From Octopus bimaculoides (Eukaryota): a DNA stretch of 52,237 nucleotides. This document shows positions 12,082 through 23,989 of the stretch, piece by piece. The notes under the pieces were generated by a model. The model did no database searches and had not been told where the DNA came from. It saw only the letters and a program-made list of their open reading frames with translations. The DNA is taken from contig NC_068984.1 in NCBI RefSeq assembly GCF_001194135.2, forward strand, positions 44,588,101 through 44,640,337. The letters run 5' to 3'. The translations under genes were made by a program, and so were the position numbers. Position 1 is the first letter of the stretch. Every line of letters starts with the position of its first letter.

Positions 12082-12880
12082 GCTGAAAAGTTCATAGGCT
12101 GACTATGAAGGAATGATGCTAGAGCTGTGGAATCTTGCATGCATTAATTTCAATCCTTCTTATTAATAACTGCATTGTTTCTTTTCAGGTAAACTCACAT
12201 ATGATTGGACAAAATTTGCCATCCTGGTGTTATCAAGTACTTGCAGAAAAAGAGCTCAACCCCAAGGACATTCATTCTGATATGGTTGCCACATTAGAGG
12301 ATGACGCTCCAGCTTTGCCAACCATGCAAAAGTGGGTAACAGGATTTAGGAGGGAAAGGGTGAGTCTTGAAGATTACCCAAGTTTTGGGACGTCTTGCAA
12401 CTGTCACCACCGAGGAAAACATTGTGCTCACCACATGGTGATGGATGACAGGCGATTGACTATAAATCAAATAGCCAGTGCTATCAGCATATCCTGTGAG
12501 AGAGTTGAGAATATTCTGCAATAACGTACTTGGCATGGCGATTGTTTCTGTTTGTAGGGTGCCATGTCTTCTGACACCTGATCAAAAGCACATCAGGCTG
12601 ATCACATCACGGGAAAATCTGACATTGTTTGAGGCAGATCCAACTGATTTCCCTAAACGTTTCCTAAGATAGGATGAGTAATGGCTTCATCACTTTGAGC
12701 CAGAGACAAAGAGACAATCCATGCAGTGGAAATACTCCTCAACATCTACTCCAAAGAAGGCCACGGTCATTTCATCTGCAGGGAAGGTGATGGATTCAGC
12801 TTTTTGGGGACGCAAAAAGCTTTGGGTATATTGACTATCTTCAAAAGGGCCACAGCATCAATAGAGAGTACTATGCGAGA
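12082..12880 (+). mobile_element. Decayed mariner, 5' two-thirds
   Basis: TIR remnant GCTGAAAAGTTCATAGGCTGAC; frames give HTH, RVPCLLTPDQK (WVPxxLT equivalent), DE*WLHHFEPETKRQSMQW and FW-DAK motifs. Confidence 0.88.
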
Positions 12881-12903
12881 GTACTGTTTGTGTGTGTCTG
12901 TTT

Positions 12904-12947
<44 letters not shown>

Positions 12948-13419
12948 ATATTAGCTTTTTTGAGTATACAGATACCTCTTAAAAGGGATGTTAACATCAA
13001 TACTTATCGATATAAAAGTTCAAGGATCCAATGTAACTTAAAAGTATTGGTACTCTTTGTTTAAATAGGCACCAATTAAGTATATTACGGAGTTTAATGA
13101 TTATTACACTTCGACATATTTTTTTTTTTTTTATTTATGTGTTTCAGCCAAGTGGCTGCGGTCATGCTGGTGCACCATAATATATTATAAGGAGATTGTT
13201 GTTTCACTAAATAACAAAAAATTAAAGTTTCTATTACAGTAGAAATAAACACAATGACAATATATCGCATAACAACCAAAATATTTCTAATTCAAATGAA
13301 CGTGAAATTAGATCTCACAGTGCAGAAAGGGAGGTAACCATTTTAAACATGGAATTATAAAGTAAAAAACTAACGTTATGGATAAGATTAGGATTGACCA
13401 CAGATTTATAGAGAAGGCT

Positions 13420-13850
13420 AAGAACACTCGTAGTAATTGTAAATTCAAAGATAGATGTAAACTTAATCATTTTTGCAGACAGAAAGATGTCGCGTAAAGA
13501 TGCAGCGTAGAAACCGATGGACTAAATTACTACTACATTGGCTCCACGGCAAATTTTATTAAGCTTAGATTTGCCGATCACGAAAACACATTTAAAAACA
13601 AAAGTAAATCAAACTGCACCTGTCTTAGTGAATTTATTTGGGAATTAAAGGACAAAGATAAAGATTTTAATCTCAAGTGGGAAATTATCAGTCACGCTAG
13701 GTCCTACAAAGTGGAAGACGCCCGTTGTGATCCTTGTATTGAAGAAATCTTCCAAATTTTAAAATCTAAACGCAAACTTCTTAACTGTAAACGTGAATGT
13801 AGTTTAGCATGTACGCATACATATACATTTGTATTTAAAAACTACAAATA
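13420..13850 (+). mobile_element. Penelope-like GIY-YIG endonuclease relic
   Basis: CKLNHFCRQKDV...YYIGSTANFIKLRFADHENTF...LSEFIWELK...WEII...CDPCIEE...LLNCKRE...CTH layout typical of PLE C-termini. Confidence 0.82.
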
Positions 13851-13983
13851 AATAAAAATGAATAAAATGTAAATTTGGGTAAAATATAAATAGGATATTT
13901 TAATAGATATAAATATGTTTTATAAAGTAGAATTACAATAAAATTGTATTAGGTTATGTGGAATAAAATAATTAATTATTAGA

Positions 13984-14032
<49 letters not shown>

Positions 14033-14034
<2 letters not shown>

Positions 14035-14404
14035 TGATGTATCAATACCAGCAGATGACAACGTTTCTCTAAAAGAAATGGAAAAACTTTCAAAATACAA
14101 AGACCTGGAAATAGAGGTAACTCGAATGTGGAATCTAAAAACAGAAACAATTCCTATCATAGTAGGTGCCTTAGGTATAATAAAAAAAATATTCAGACAA
14201 ATACATAACAAAAACACCAGGACTTACAAATATATATAACATACAGAAAATTGCACTACTGGGCACTGCACACATCCTACGCAAAAACACTTTCAAAACA
14301 GTAACCATAAGAGCACCACAGCAAACCACAGCACATACCCAAGGCGCACAGAGCTGCGCTCGGTAGTGAAGTGAAAGCACGTTATAAGAATAAAACTACT
14401 GAAC
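14033..14404 (+). mobile_element. R4/Dong-like non-LTR 3' end (restriction-like endonuclease), flanked on both sides by (AAT)n
   Basis: IDVSIPADDNVSLKEMEKLSKYKDL...WNLKTETIPIIVGALG...IQKIALLGTAHILRKTL; (AAT)n at about 13984-14033 and 14405-14432. Confidence 0.87.
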
Positions 14405-14437
<33 letters not shown>

Positions 14438-14709
14438 CCTTATGTTTTGAAATACATGTACAATGCACCCAACCAACAAATTTCTACACAGCTGTACGTA
14501 GCTCTTTTAGAGCACGCTCACGTGTTCAGATGATGTTCAGAATAATAGCCAACTTTCAGATAAGAACAGGTGGTGACATGGGAATAACAAGGAATATAGT
14601 TTTCAAAGTTATTCTCTCTTAATGTTTGTATGTTTTTCAGTCCGGCGTTACACGAATTTTACGCAATCTCAAGAATTAAACACCTGCATTAGTCTTATAG
14701 TTTTTTTTA

Positions 14710-15075
14710 AATAAATCAATGAATGAATAAACAAGAGCACTCAGCCCAAACTTCCGCCAAAACAACACCAACGTCCTCTCAACGATTAGCTGGAGATGAT
14801 TTTTAAAATGAGAATATCTGAAATAAACTCGATTGCTCTCACAAACGAGAATACTAAAAGTGAACCTGACCGCTCTCAAAACCGGAAAAATAATCCAGAA
14901 TCCTTGTCCGGTACCGGATCGATCCCAAAATGTAATCAGTTCGTGCTAGTCACGAGGCCAAACATCCCTGAAAGTTTCAACCGAATCCATTCAGCGGTTC
15001 TTGAAATTTCTTGTCCACGGACAAACAAACGAACAAACAGACAGACACTACTGAATACAAAAACGCGGTATTTTC
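14710..15075 (+). mobile_element. Non-autonomous Helentron-associated (HINE/DINE-1-like) element
   Basis: Starts AACAAGAGCACTCAG; contains palindrome TCCGGTACCGGA; 3' (ACAA)/(ACAG) microsatellite. Family recognised from memory only. Confidence 0.55.
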
Positions 15076-15125
15076 AATAAGTATTACTAGCATTCATAAA
15101 TATGCAATAATCTACCGAAGGTGAG

Positions 15126-15161
<36 letters not shown>

Positions 15162-15720
15162 TGGTCTGCATATGCTTACTAAGAAACATAACTAGATAAT
15201 CTGCATTTTTCATTACTCCAGAAGCAGCAGTTGAACATGAAAATATAATACTGATATTATACACATATCTGCAAGGAAGTACGTGTTTGTGTTTTTGTTT
15301 GTGTGTGTGCGCGCGTGCGAGGTGTGCATGAATTATATGTGCATGTGTTGTGTGTGTGTGTGTATATGTGTGTATGTGTGTGCGTGTGTGCGTGTGTGCG
15401 TGTATGTGTGTGTGTGTCTGTGTGTGTGTGTGTGTGCATGCGCGCACGCGCGCGTTATATGGAGAATATGACTCCGTTGGAAGTTCACTAATGATTTTCA
15501 TAGTTCCTTAACGCTGAACCTGAAGTCACAACTTTACTTAATATACGAAGCAGTAACAGCCGTGCGTTATTAACACAGTCTGTTGTCGGCAGCAAGCGTT
15601 CATGCAAATGATGTAGCGAACTAAGTCATCTTAGCTAGATTTAAATAAGAAAATAACAATAATAACTACCAGAAAAATACTTGACACGCTTTAAAATATT
15701 ATAATCTGATATAATATACA

Positions 15721-15769
<49 letters not shown>

Positions 15770-17139
15770 ACTTGTGTATCTGCGTTTGTCCCGCCTCCAC
15801 CATTACTTGACAACCGATTCTGGTGTGTTTACGTCCCCGTGACATAGCGGTTCAGCAAATGCGACCCGATAGAATAAGCACTAGGCTTACAAAGAATAAG
15901 CCCTGGGATCGATTTGTTTGACTATATATATATATATATATATATACGAAGAATATATATACATGTATACACACATATATGTACATACTTACATCTACAT
16001 GTGTATATACNNNNNNNNNNNNNNNNNNNNNNNNNNNNNNNNNNNNNNNNNNNNNNNNNNNNNNNNNNNNNNNNNNNNNNNNNNNNNNNNNNNNNNNNNN
16101 NNNNNNNNNNNNNNNNNNNNNNNNNNNNNNNNNNNNNNNNNNNNNNNNNNNNNNNNNNNNNNNNNNNNNNNNNNNNNNNNNNNNNNNNNNNNNNNNNNNN
16201 NNNNNNNNNNNNNNNNNNNNNNNNNNNNNNNNNNNNNNNNNNNNNNNNNNNNNNNNNNNNNNNNNNNNNNNNNNNNNNNNNNNNNNNNNNNNNNNNNNNN
16301 NNNNNNNNNNNNNNNNNNNNNNNNNNNNNNNNNNNNNNNNNNNNNNNNNNNNNNNNNNNNNNNNNNNNNNNNNNNNNNNNNNNNNNNNNNNNNNNNNNNN
16401 NNNNNNNNNNNNNNNNNNNNNNNNNNNNNNNNNNNNNNNNNNNNNNNNNNNNNNNNNNNNNNNNNNNNNNNNNNNNNNNNNNNNNNNNNNNNNNNNNNNN
16501 NNNNNNNNNNNNNNNNNNNNNNNNNNNNNNNNNNNNNNNNNNNNNNNNNNNNNNNNNNNNNNNNNNNNNNNNNNNNNNNNNNNNNNNNNNNNNNNNNNNN
16601 NNNNNNNNNNNNNNNNNNNNNNNNNNNNNNNNNNNNNNNNNNNNNNNNNNNNNNNNNNNNNNNNNNNNNNNNNNNNNNNNNNNNNNNNNNNNNNNNNNNN
16701 NNNNNNNNNNNNNNNNNNNNNNNNNNNNNNNNNNNNNNNNNNNNNNNNNNNNNNNNNNNNNNNNNNNNNNNNNNNNNNNNNNNNNNNNNNNNNNNNNNNN
16801 NNNNNNNNNNNNNNNNNNNNNNNNNNNNNNNNNNNNNNNNATTTATTCATAAATTAATAATTAATAATTTTTACCAAGCCCTTCGGTATGTAAGCACCAT
16901 TATCGGTGTGGAACTTATTTAAAAGTTCTTATACATTTATAAACAAAATTAAGGGATCAGCAACAGGTTGCTTCACCACATACCGAAGTTCAGACATAGC
17001 AGCTAAAAATGCTGAAACTCCAACAGATATAATACAAATAATAAATGAGTATATGCATGTATACGTACATGTATGTACATACTTACATCTACCTGTGTAT
17101 ATAGATGCATATCTGGGTACAGGGCATTGTAAACAAAGC

Positions 17140-17211
<72 letters not shown>

Positions 17212-17356
17212 GTGTGTGTGTGTGTGTGTGCGTGTATATATATATGTATATATTCGTGTGTGTATGAGTTAAATTACACGTTTGAAGTAAAGCTTATGCA
17301 TACATACATACATACATACATACATACATACATACATACGTACGTACATACATACA

Positions 17357-17391
<35 letters not shown>

Positions 17392-18462
17392 GCAGGTGTG
17401 AGGTGTACGTTAAGTTCTTGCCCTAAGCTTGTGTGTCTACGTATCTGTTATTGTCCTTCTATATATATTTGTCATACCTGTTCAGGATCCAAATTTTCAT
17501 CGAGTCAGTATTTTCTAGTTTCACGTAGACACTCGTCCTTCCCTCTCTTTAAACCGATTAACTAACAAATCTTCAGCTTCTGCGTTTTGTTTATGCATTT
17601 TTTTCCCCCTCCACCTTAAGCCTTGTTTTGTTTTGTTTTTATTTCTCTCTCACTCTTCTCCCTGCTCTCTCTCTCTCTCTCTCACTCACTCCCTTCTCTT
17701 CTCAACATTCCAGGCTTGCAATTGTAATTCTGTGAGATAATAATACAGATTTCTTTTATTGCCTGAAGGACAACAGATTGGGTGTAAGGGATGTGATGCG
17801 GGTGATAATAACCAACGCTTATTATATTCACCACAAACGGCATACCATCACCATTACCATCCTCATCACCATCACCGCAAAATCCACCACCTACGCACCC
17901 TCTGACAACTGTATAACTACAAAACACAAGAGACAGAGAGAGAGGGGGAGAGGGGGACAGAGAGAGTGGGGGAGAGGGGGACAGAGAGAATGTGGAGAGA
18001 GTAGCTATTATGTGACCGCATGGGTTCATTGTTGGGTTTCAAATACATATTTTACACTATAGAAAATGTGATTGATGAGGGGATGCATTCTTTCAAAACA
18101 GAGCAACAGTTGTATACATACATACATACATACATACATACATACATACACACACACATACACACACACAAATTAAAAAGGGTGGCTTATTAGCAATTAG
18201 AACCTAAAGGCAAAATCAATAGAGGTTACAAAAGTGACAAAGGGTATTGACTAGCACCGCATTTGCAAAAAATAAGAGTTAAACTAACTTAAAGCCACAA
18301 ACGCACTGTCTTAAGTGACTGACAAAGGGAGGTAAGTCCCCACCGTACATAGTCAGATCACCGGCTCTAAACCCTCATCAGCGGCTCATAACGCCTAGGG
18401 TTAATCTCAGCTACCTCTGTCAGTCTTATAAGAAAAGCCGTTAAAAAAGTTATAAATGTGTG

Positions 18463-18499
<37 letters not shown>

Positions 18500-18955
18500 A
18501 AGTATGTAGGACTTTTCTATTTTTTAATAATTATAAATCTTCCACTGAGGAGGGAACCGGTTTCCAACAAAGATACAAGGCTCCATCTTTGGGATGTAGT
18601 TAACACAGACAAATTCACTTTTGGAGCTTGAGAAAAGTCTTACATATTTTTACTGTTCCACTTACAGATTGGACTTGTAGTGTACGAATCCGCCGGTCAG
18701 TTTCTCTTTCTGAAAATCCCAGTTTATCCAAATTCTCCTTTAAGTATTTACTAACAAAACCTAGTACTCCAATTATTATTAGTATAAATATGAATTCATA
18801 GTCTGGATATAGAAGCTGGAGGTTTCGTAGCAGTTGTCCATAGATATCCACTTTTTGTTTGATTTTCAAAGAGATATTTATATCTGCGGGGCAGCTAACC
18901 TCTATGATGGTACATACCTTTGCCCTTCTGTCCCAAACAACAATATCCGGCCTGT
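18500..18955 (-). mobile_element. Restriction-like-endonuclease non-LTR retrotransposon 3' fragment, 5' junction in (TACA)n
   Basis: NRPDIVVWDRRAKVCTIIEVSCPAD...K...KVDIYGQL...IIIGVLG (PD..D/E-x-x-x-P REL motif); stop at 18615. 3' boundary approximate. Confidence 0.82.
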
Positions 18956-19078
18956 TATGTATGTATGTATGTATGTATGGTTGCATGTACAAAGAGGGAT
19001 TAATATACATTAATGCACACATACACACACCAAGTCACGCGGCGATACATCTGTCACACTATGTGTCAATGTATGAGA

Positions 19079-19131
<53 letters not shown>

Positions 19132-19304
19132 CGTGCGCGCGTATATGCGTGTATATAGATTATATTTATAAAATTCGGAAACCAGCTCATATCGTAAGTA
19201 AATATTCAGGTTATGCTGTAGTAATAAAATAGATTAATATAAATGGCTTTATGAAACAATGTTTTCATATTTTGACAACGGAAAATATTTTACATACAAA
19301 TTTC

Positions 19305-19486
19305 TTCTCCTCCTCCTCTTCCTCCTTCTTCTTCTTCTTCTTCTTCTTCTTCTTCTTCTTCTTCTTCTTCTTCTTCTTCTTCTCCTTCTCCTCCTCCTCC
19401 TCCTCCTCCTCCTTCTTCTTCTTCTTCTTCTTCTTCTTCTTCTTCTTCTTCTTCTTCTTCTTCTTCTTCTTCTTCTTCTTCTTCTA
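19305..19486. repeat. Compound (CTT)n/(CCT)n array
   Basis: About 180 bp of CTT and CCT triplets; forms the tail of the adjacent Dong-like element. Confidence 0.95.
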
Positions 19487-20092
19487 TTTTATTTTATTTT
19501 ACTTCTCAGACCTCTCGATGTTACTTGCTCCGGTTAATTCTGTGAGAGCGGACAGCAACCTGTTGTCAAAGGTCGCACAGAGTCTCTTCCACTAATTACA
19601 AGGGTCTTTTCCCACTAATTACAAGACTTGGTTCCAAGATGTTAAGTATCGTGGAAAATATTCAACAACGAAGTACCAATATCAAAATCCTCACTGTTCC
19701 TAACAGAGTATTTTTTTTTTTAGCATGCTCTATCTTTATGTCAATTCCAAATTCTCCGACATATTTCTGGAGCTTGGTCGTTGGTGCTCCGAGTGCTCCT
19801 ACAACAACTGAGATGACAGATGCTCTTTTCATTGTCTACATTCTTGCAATTTCGTCTTTTCGTAACTTGTATTTTCCTACCTTTTCCAACTCTTTGTCAC
19901 CTACGTGTACGTCTCCAGGTATAGCAATATCTATGATCTTAGTTTCTTTTTTCCTTCCATTTACTACAATAAAGTCTGGTCTTCGGGCATTTATTAGAGA
20001 ATCACATTGGATTATAAAATTCCACAAGATCTCATATTCAATATTCTCAGTGACGCGTTCTGGTTCATGTTCGTACCATTTCCGTGTTCTTC

Positions 20093-20093
<1 letters not shown>
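19487..20093 (-). mobile_element. R4/Dong-like non-LTR 3' fragment between (AAT)n and a (GAA)n tail
   Basis: WYEHEPERVTEN...ILWNFIIQCD...RRPDFIVV...IIDIAIPGD...KELEKVGKY...VVVGALGAP; the 3' UTR runs into the long (CTT)n array. Confidence 0.87.
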
Positions 20094-20144
<51 letters not shown>

Positions 20145-20444
20145 ATTATTATATTTAAAAAAAAAGGATTGACGTAACTCTTCACGAAGGTAAATAGTCA
20201 AGACGAAGAGTGCGATTTTAGATGTTTTATTTTTTGAACAACATTTCGACAGAACGTCTGTCTTTCTCAAGTTCAAACCAAAAGGTGATTGAAAATTCAA
20301 AATTTCAGAAACCAAACGTAGACTATGAACGTGAGTAATCAGCGTCCATACGTTGATAGAATGACATCATCAGCTTTTGTCAGTTTTTTAATAAGCAGAA
20401 AGAAAGAAAGAAAAAGGAAGACGACAGAAAAAGAAAAGAAAAAT

Positions 20445-20700
20445 GAATGCTTAATATTGTCTCCTTCAATTATTGTAGCTCTCCGCTGGTTCTAACTGTT
20501 TTATGACATTTTGCTGGTCAAGGTTCACATTAGATGTTTTTGTCATTTTTCCTTTGATAAAGGTAGCTTATGCACATTTATCAAGGCCAAATTGCATCCT
20601 GATGTCATCACTGAATTGTTTAACAATCGCTAGTAGGCCTTTGAGTTGTTGGTCATTCTTTGCAAAAAGCTTTAAATCATCCATGTAAATGAGATGATCT
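20445..20700 (-). mobile_element. R4/Dong-like RT fragment
   Basis: HLIYMDDLKLFAKN...FSDDIRMQFGLDKCA, the characteristic R4-clade YMDD region. Confidence 0.85.
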
Positions 20701-20777
20701 ATATTTTTATCAAATATTTTATAACCATACTGTGCATCATTGAGCAATTTGGAGATAGGTTATTATTATTATTGTTA

Positions 20778-20835
<58 letters not shown>

Positions 20836-21963
20836 GTCTTTTTTTCTTCTTCTTTCTTCAAATTTTCTTCCATTTCTCGCCGAGTGTTTTCCATGGCCAT
20901 ATTGCGTAACTAAATGTGTTCTCTTAGTTAAATAATTTCAAAATGATTCGGCTCAATCAATAAGTATTTTTTGCATGACCAACCTCAGAAGACACGGCAC
21001 GCCACTGATGGGAACTCATTGGTTTGAAGTACCTCTTTAGATTTTATTGAGAGGTACTTTTTCAACCTAAAACGAGATTCTCAATCAGTATCGGAGAAAT
21101 TAATAATACAGTAATTATGAATCTTCGAAGAGTGAAATCTTTAACAAATTTAGCTATTCAGATCCATCTCTTCTCGACGTTGCGCATATGCCCTCGCAAC
21201 ATTTAGAAGCCGGTATTTTTTGTCTTTCTTACTTTGGAGACGTGTTACATTAATTCATGCGAAATTGATAATAAAATCTTAACACAATCTTTAAGGACGT
21301 AAAATATTCAATGAAAGGAAGTAAAACAAAGCAAAAAATTGTGTAAATGAAACAAAATGAATTTCAAAACGATATTTAGTGATGCATTACGGCATTTCGT
21401 AAAGGGCGTCAAGTTTCGTGTCTGCGCCGCTACACAAATTCACACAAGTAAAAGGCAATCATAGAACGACGAGCGCCAAGACGTCGTTTATTTGTTCTTT
21501 TAAAGCAATTACATGAACTTCGCATTTGTTACAGAAGGATATTGTTTCATAAGTCGACAAATTCGACGCTGTGGTTCACAGTTCTATGTTGAATGTTGTA
21601 GCCTGGCAACTGTGTGAACTACGTCCTTTGAATTTCTCTACCATTATCGTGTACACGTGTCTGTTACATCCTTTGTTTGACCATAACCTTTGTGAGTCGA
21701 TGATACTATTTCTGTCTTGCAATGGCTGACTTTGCCTAGGTTAAGTATCACCAGCTAGTCTTTGTGTGTTGTTATTTGGGGCAGTAGGAAAAGGTTATAT
21801 AGAAAAAAGACTGCTCAAATCGAAAAGGTTTTCAGGCTTAAATTCGTCTCTAAGCTGTCATAGCTGTGTTAACAAGCAGAAAGCACTCAAACTTGAAAAT
21901 GATCATTGTCAATATAGATTATGACTCATATATTAGACGTAAAATGACATTATAAAACCAGCT

Positions 21964-22075
21964 GCCCCGGTGGCACAATCGGTTAGCGCGCCGTACTTAT
22001 AGACAGTACCTTCTTTGTGTTATTCACAAAACAGGAGATATGCGGAGGTTGTGAGTTCGAGCCTCACCCAGGGCA
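21964..22075 (+). tRNA. tRNA-Ile-TAT: tRNA-Ile(TAT) with 38-nt intron (22002-22039), copy 1
   Basis: Cloverleaf folded by hand: anticodon TAT at 21998-22000; intron at canonical 37/38 starting GACAGTAC (pairs with GTACT of the anticodon arm); B box GGTTGTGAGTTCGAGCC; discriminator A; T10 Pol III terminator at 22078-22087. Close to eukaryotic tRNA-Ile(TAT) as recalled. Two A-C stem mismatches. Confidence 0.93.
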
Positions 22076-22077
22076 GA

Positions 22078-22087
22078 TTTTTTTTTT
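22078..22087 (+). terminator. Pol III oligo-T terminator of tRNA-Ile copy 1
   Basis: T10 run starting 2 nt after the discriminator base; an equivalent run follows copy 2. Confidence 0.8.
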
Positions 22088-23124
22088 CATCAAAGATTTG
22101 AATTTAATTACTAATCAGATTTGGAAGTTGTATTCATATTGTAAATAATATTTTCATTAGTTTTTTTCCCCTTGATTAGAAGTTGCATTGTATACAAAAA
22201 GTGGAGATGTAGATAGTCTAGGATCACTAATATAAATCTCACTTGTATCAGCATGCTTTCTTTTTAAGTTTATAAACCATTCACCCACAGAAATTGGTGA
22301 ATAATATTCATATACTTAGCATTTACTTTTTTAGCGACCATTTCTATGACTTCAAGCTAATTCAATACTTCTCCAAATTAGATGTGAATACTGTAGATAA
22401 TTGTTTGGGTTAAAATGTGTTCCGATAAAATATGTTTGAAAATGGGAGAGAAATGCACAGATGCAGCTTCTAACCAATATAACTTCTTTATATCTTTATT
22501 ATTTTTGTTTTAGTTACACTTTTAAAAAGTGCGTTCAAAACTGGAGAGTAATGCAAAGAGGCAACTTCTAAGTCACGCAGTTTCCTTAGATCTTTTTAGC
22601 TTTTGCTTTAATCACACTTTAATAAAGGATATTCTTAATTCTGTAAGCTGCGTCAAAATTGGTGCTGTTGGAAAAGAAAAAAAGAAGAAAAATTATGGAG
22701 CCAAAAACGGACAAATTTGAATGAGTATAAAGTTCAAATTCGTCTTTAAACCACAACATCTTCGTCAGTATTAGAAGGCATTTAGCATAAGCTTAATTGA
22801 AATAACGCAATGATAGGAATCTATATACGCAAACCGTGTCAAAAATGGTGCAGTAACAAAAAACTTACGGGAAGAAAAGTAATTAAATCGAAAAGAGATT
22901 AAAGCCTAAATTCGTCTCACGTTATTTTAGAAAAAAAAAGTAGTATAATGTAGCTTTTTAAAAATATATAGATATGAGAAAAATAGCAATAAAGCCAGCG
23001 TAAAAACTGATACAACTGAAAGAAAAACTCTTACGGAGTAAAAAGTGCTTAAATTAGAAGTTAATCGCTATCAATATAAATTATGTGTCTTTGACTATCT
23101 TAAAATATGAGTTGTACATTGTCT

Positions 23125-23236
23125 GCCCCGGTGGCACAATCGGTTAGCGCGCCGTACTTATAGACAGTACCATCTTTGTGTTATTCACAAAACAGGAGAT
23201 ATGCGGAGGTTGTGAGTTCGAGCCTCACCCAGGGCA
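23125..23236 (+). tRNA. tRNA-Ile-TAT: tRNA-Ile(TAT) with 38-nt intron (23163-23200), copy 2
   Basis: 111/112 identical to copy 1 (one intronic difference, 22011 T vs 23172 A); anticodon at 23159-23161; followed by an oligo-T terminator. Confidence 0.93.
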
Positions 23237-23913
23237 GATTTTTTTTTACTTCTAAATTTATTTAGTTAAAAAGTCTTTATATTTAATTATTAATCAGACT
23301 TCGTCGTTGGCATTTTTATTAGTTTTGTTGTTTCTTGATCAGAAGTTTTGTTGTATACAAAAAGGGGAGATGTAGGTATTTGGGAATTGAAAGTAGGAAT
23401 ATTAGATCAGCATGCTTTCTTTTTAATTTCATAAACCATTCACCCACAATATTAGGTGAATAATATTCTTATGGTCAACATCTACTTTTTTCGACAAACT
23501 CTACGCCTTCTAACCAATTCAAGTCTTGGCCAAGTTAAACGCGGTTATGTTCATTGAAAAAAGGCCAGTGTTCCGTTACACTTTGAGATATTATAATAGA
23601 AAATTGACTGTGCGTAAAAATAGTCCCGATAGAATATGTTTCAGACTGGTAGAGCAATACGTAGATGCATTTTCTAAGCAATATAGTTTCGTTACTTCTT
23701 TACGATTTTTTGTTTCAGTTATACCTAGAGAAATGAAAAAACAATTCGTCAAAATTAGTGTGGCTGTGTAGTAATAAATTTGCTACCCAACCACTAGGTT
23801 CTGGGTTCAGTCCCACTGCGTGGCTCTTTAGGCAAGTGTCTTCTACTATACCCACGGCCCGACCAAAACTTTTTGAGTGGATTTGGTAGATGGAAACTGA
23901 AAGAAGCTCATCG

Positions 23914-23970
<57 letters not shown>

Positions 23971-23989
23971 TAAACTGTCGTCTAAATTA

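Noticed and set aside
18541-18570. CTGAGGA as a hammerhead core
   Set aside because: No GAAA follows the potential stem II.
19251-19595. Poly-F/L/S/E/R/K/N and VC/YI/HT-repeat ORFs throughout the window
   Set aside because: Translations of microsatellites, with no splice or homology support.
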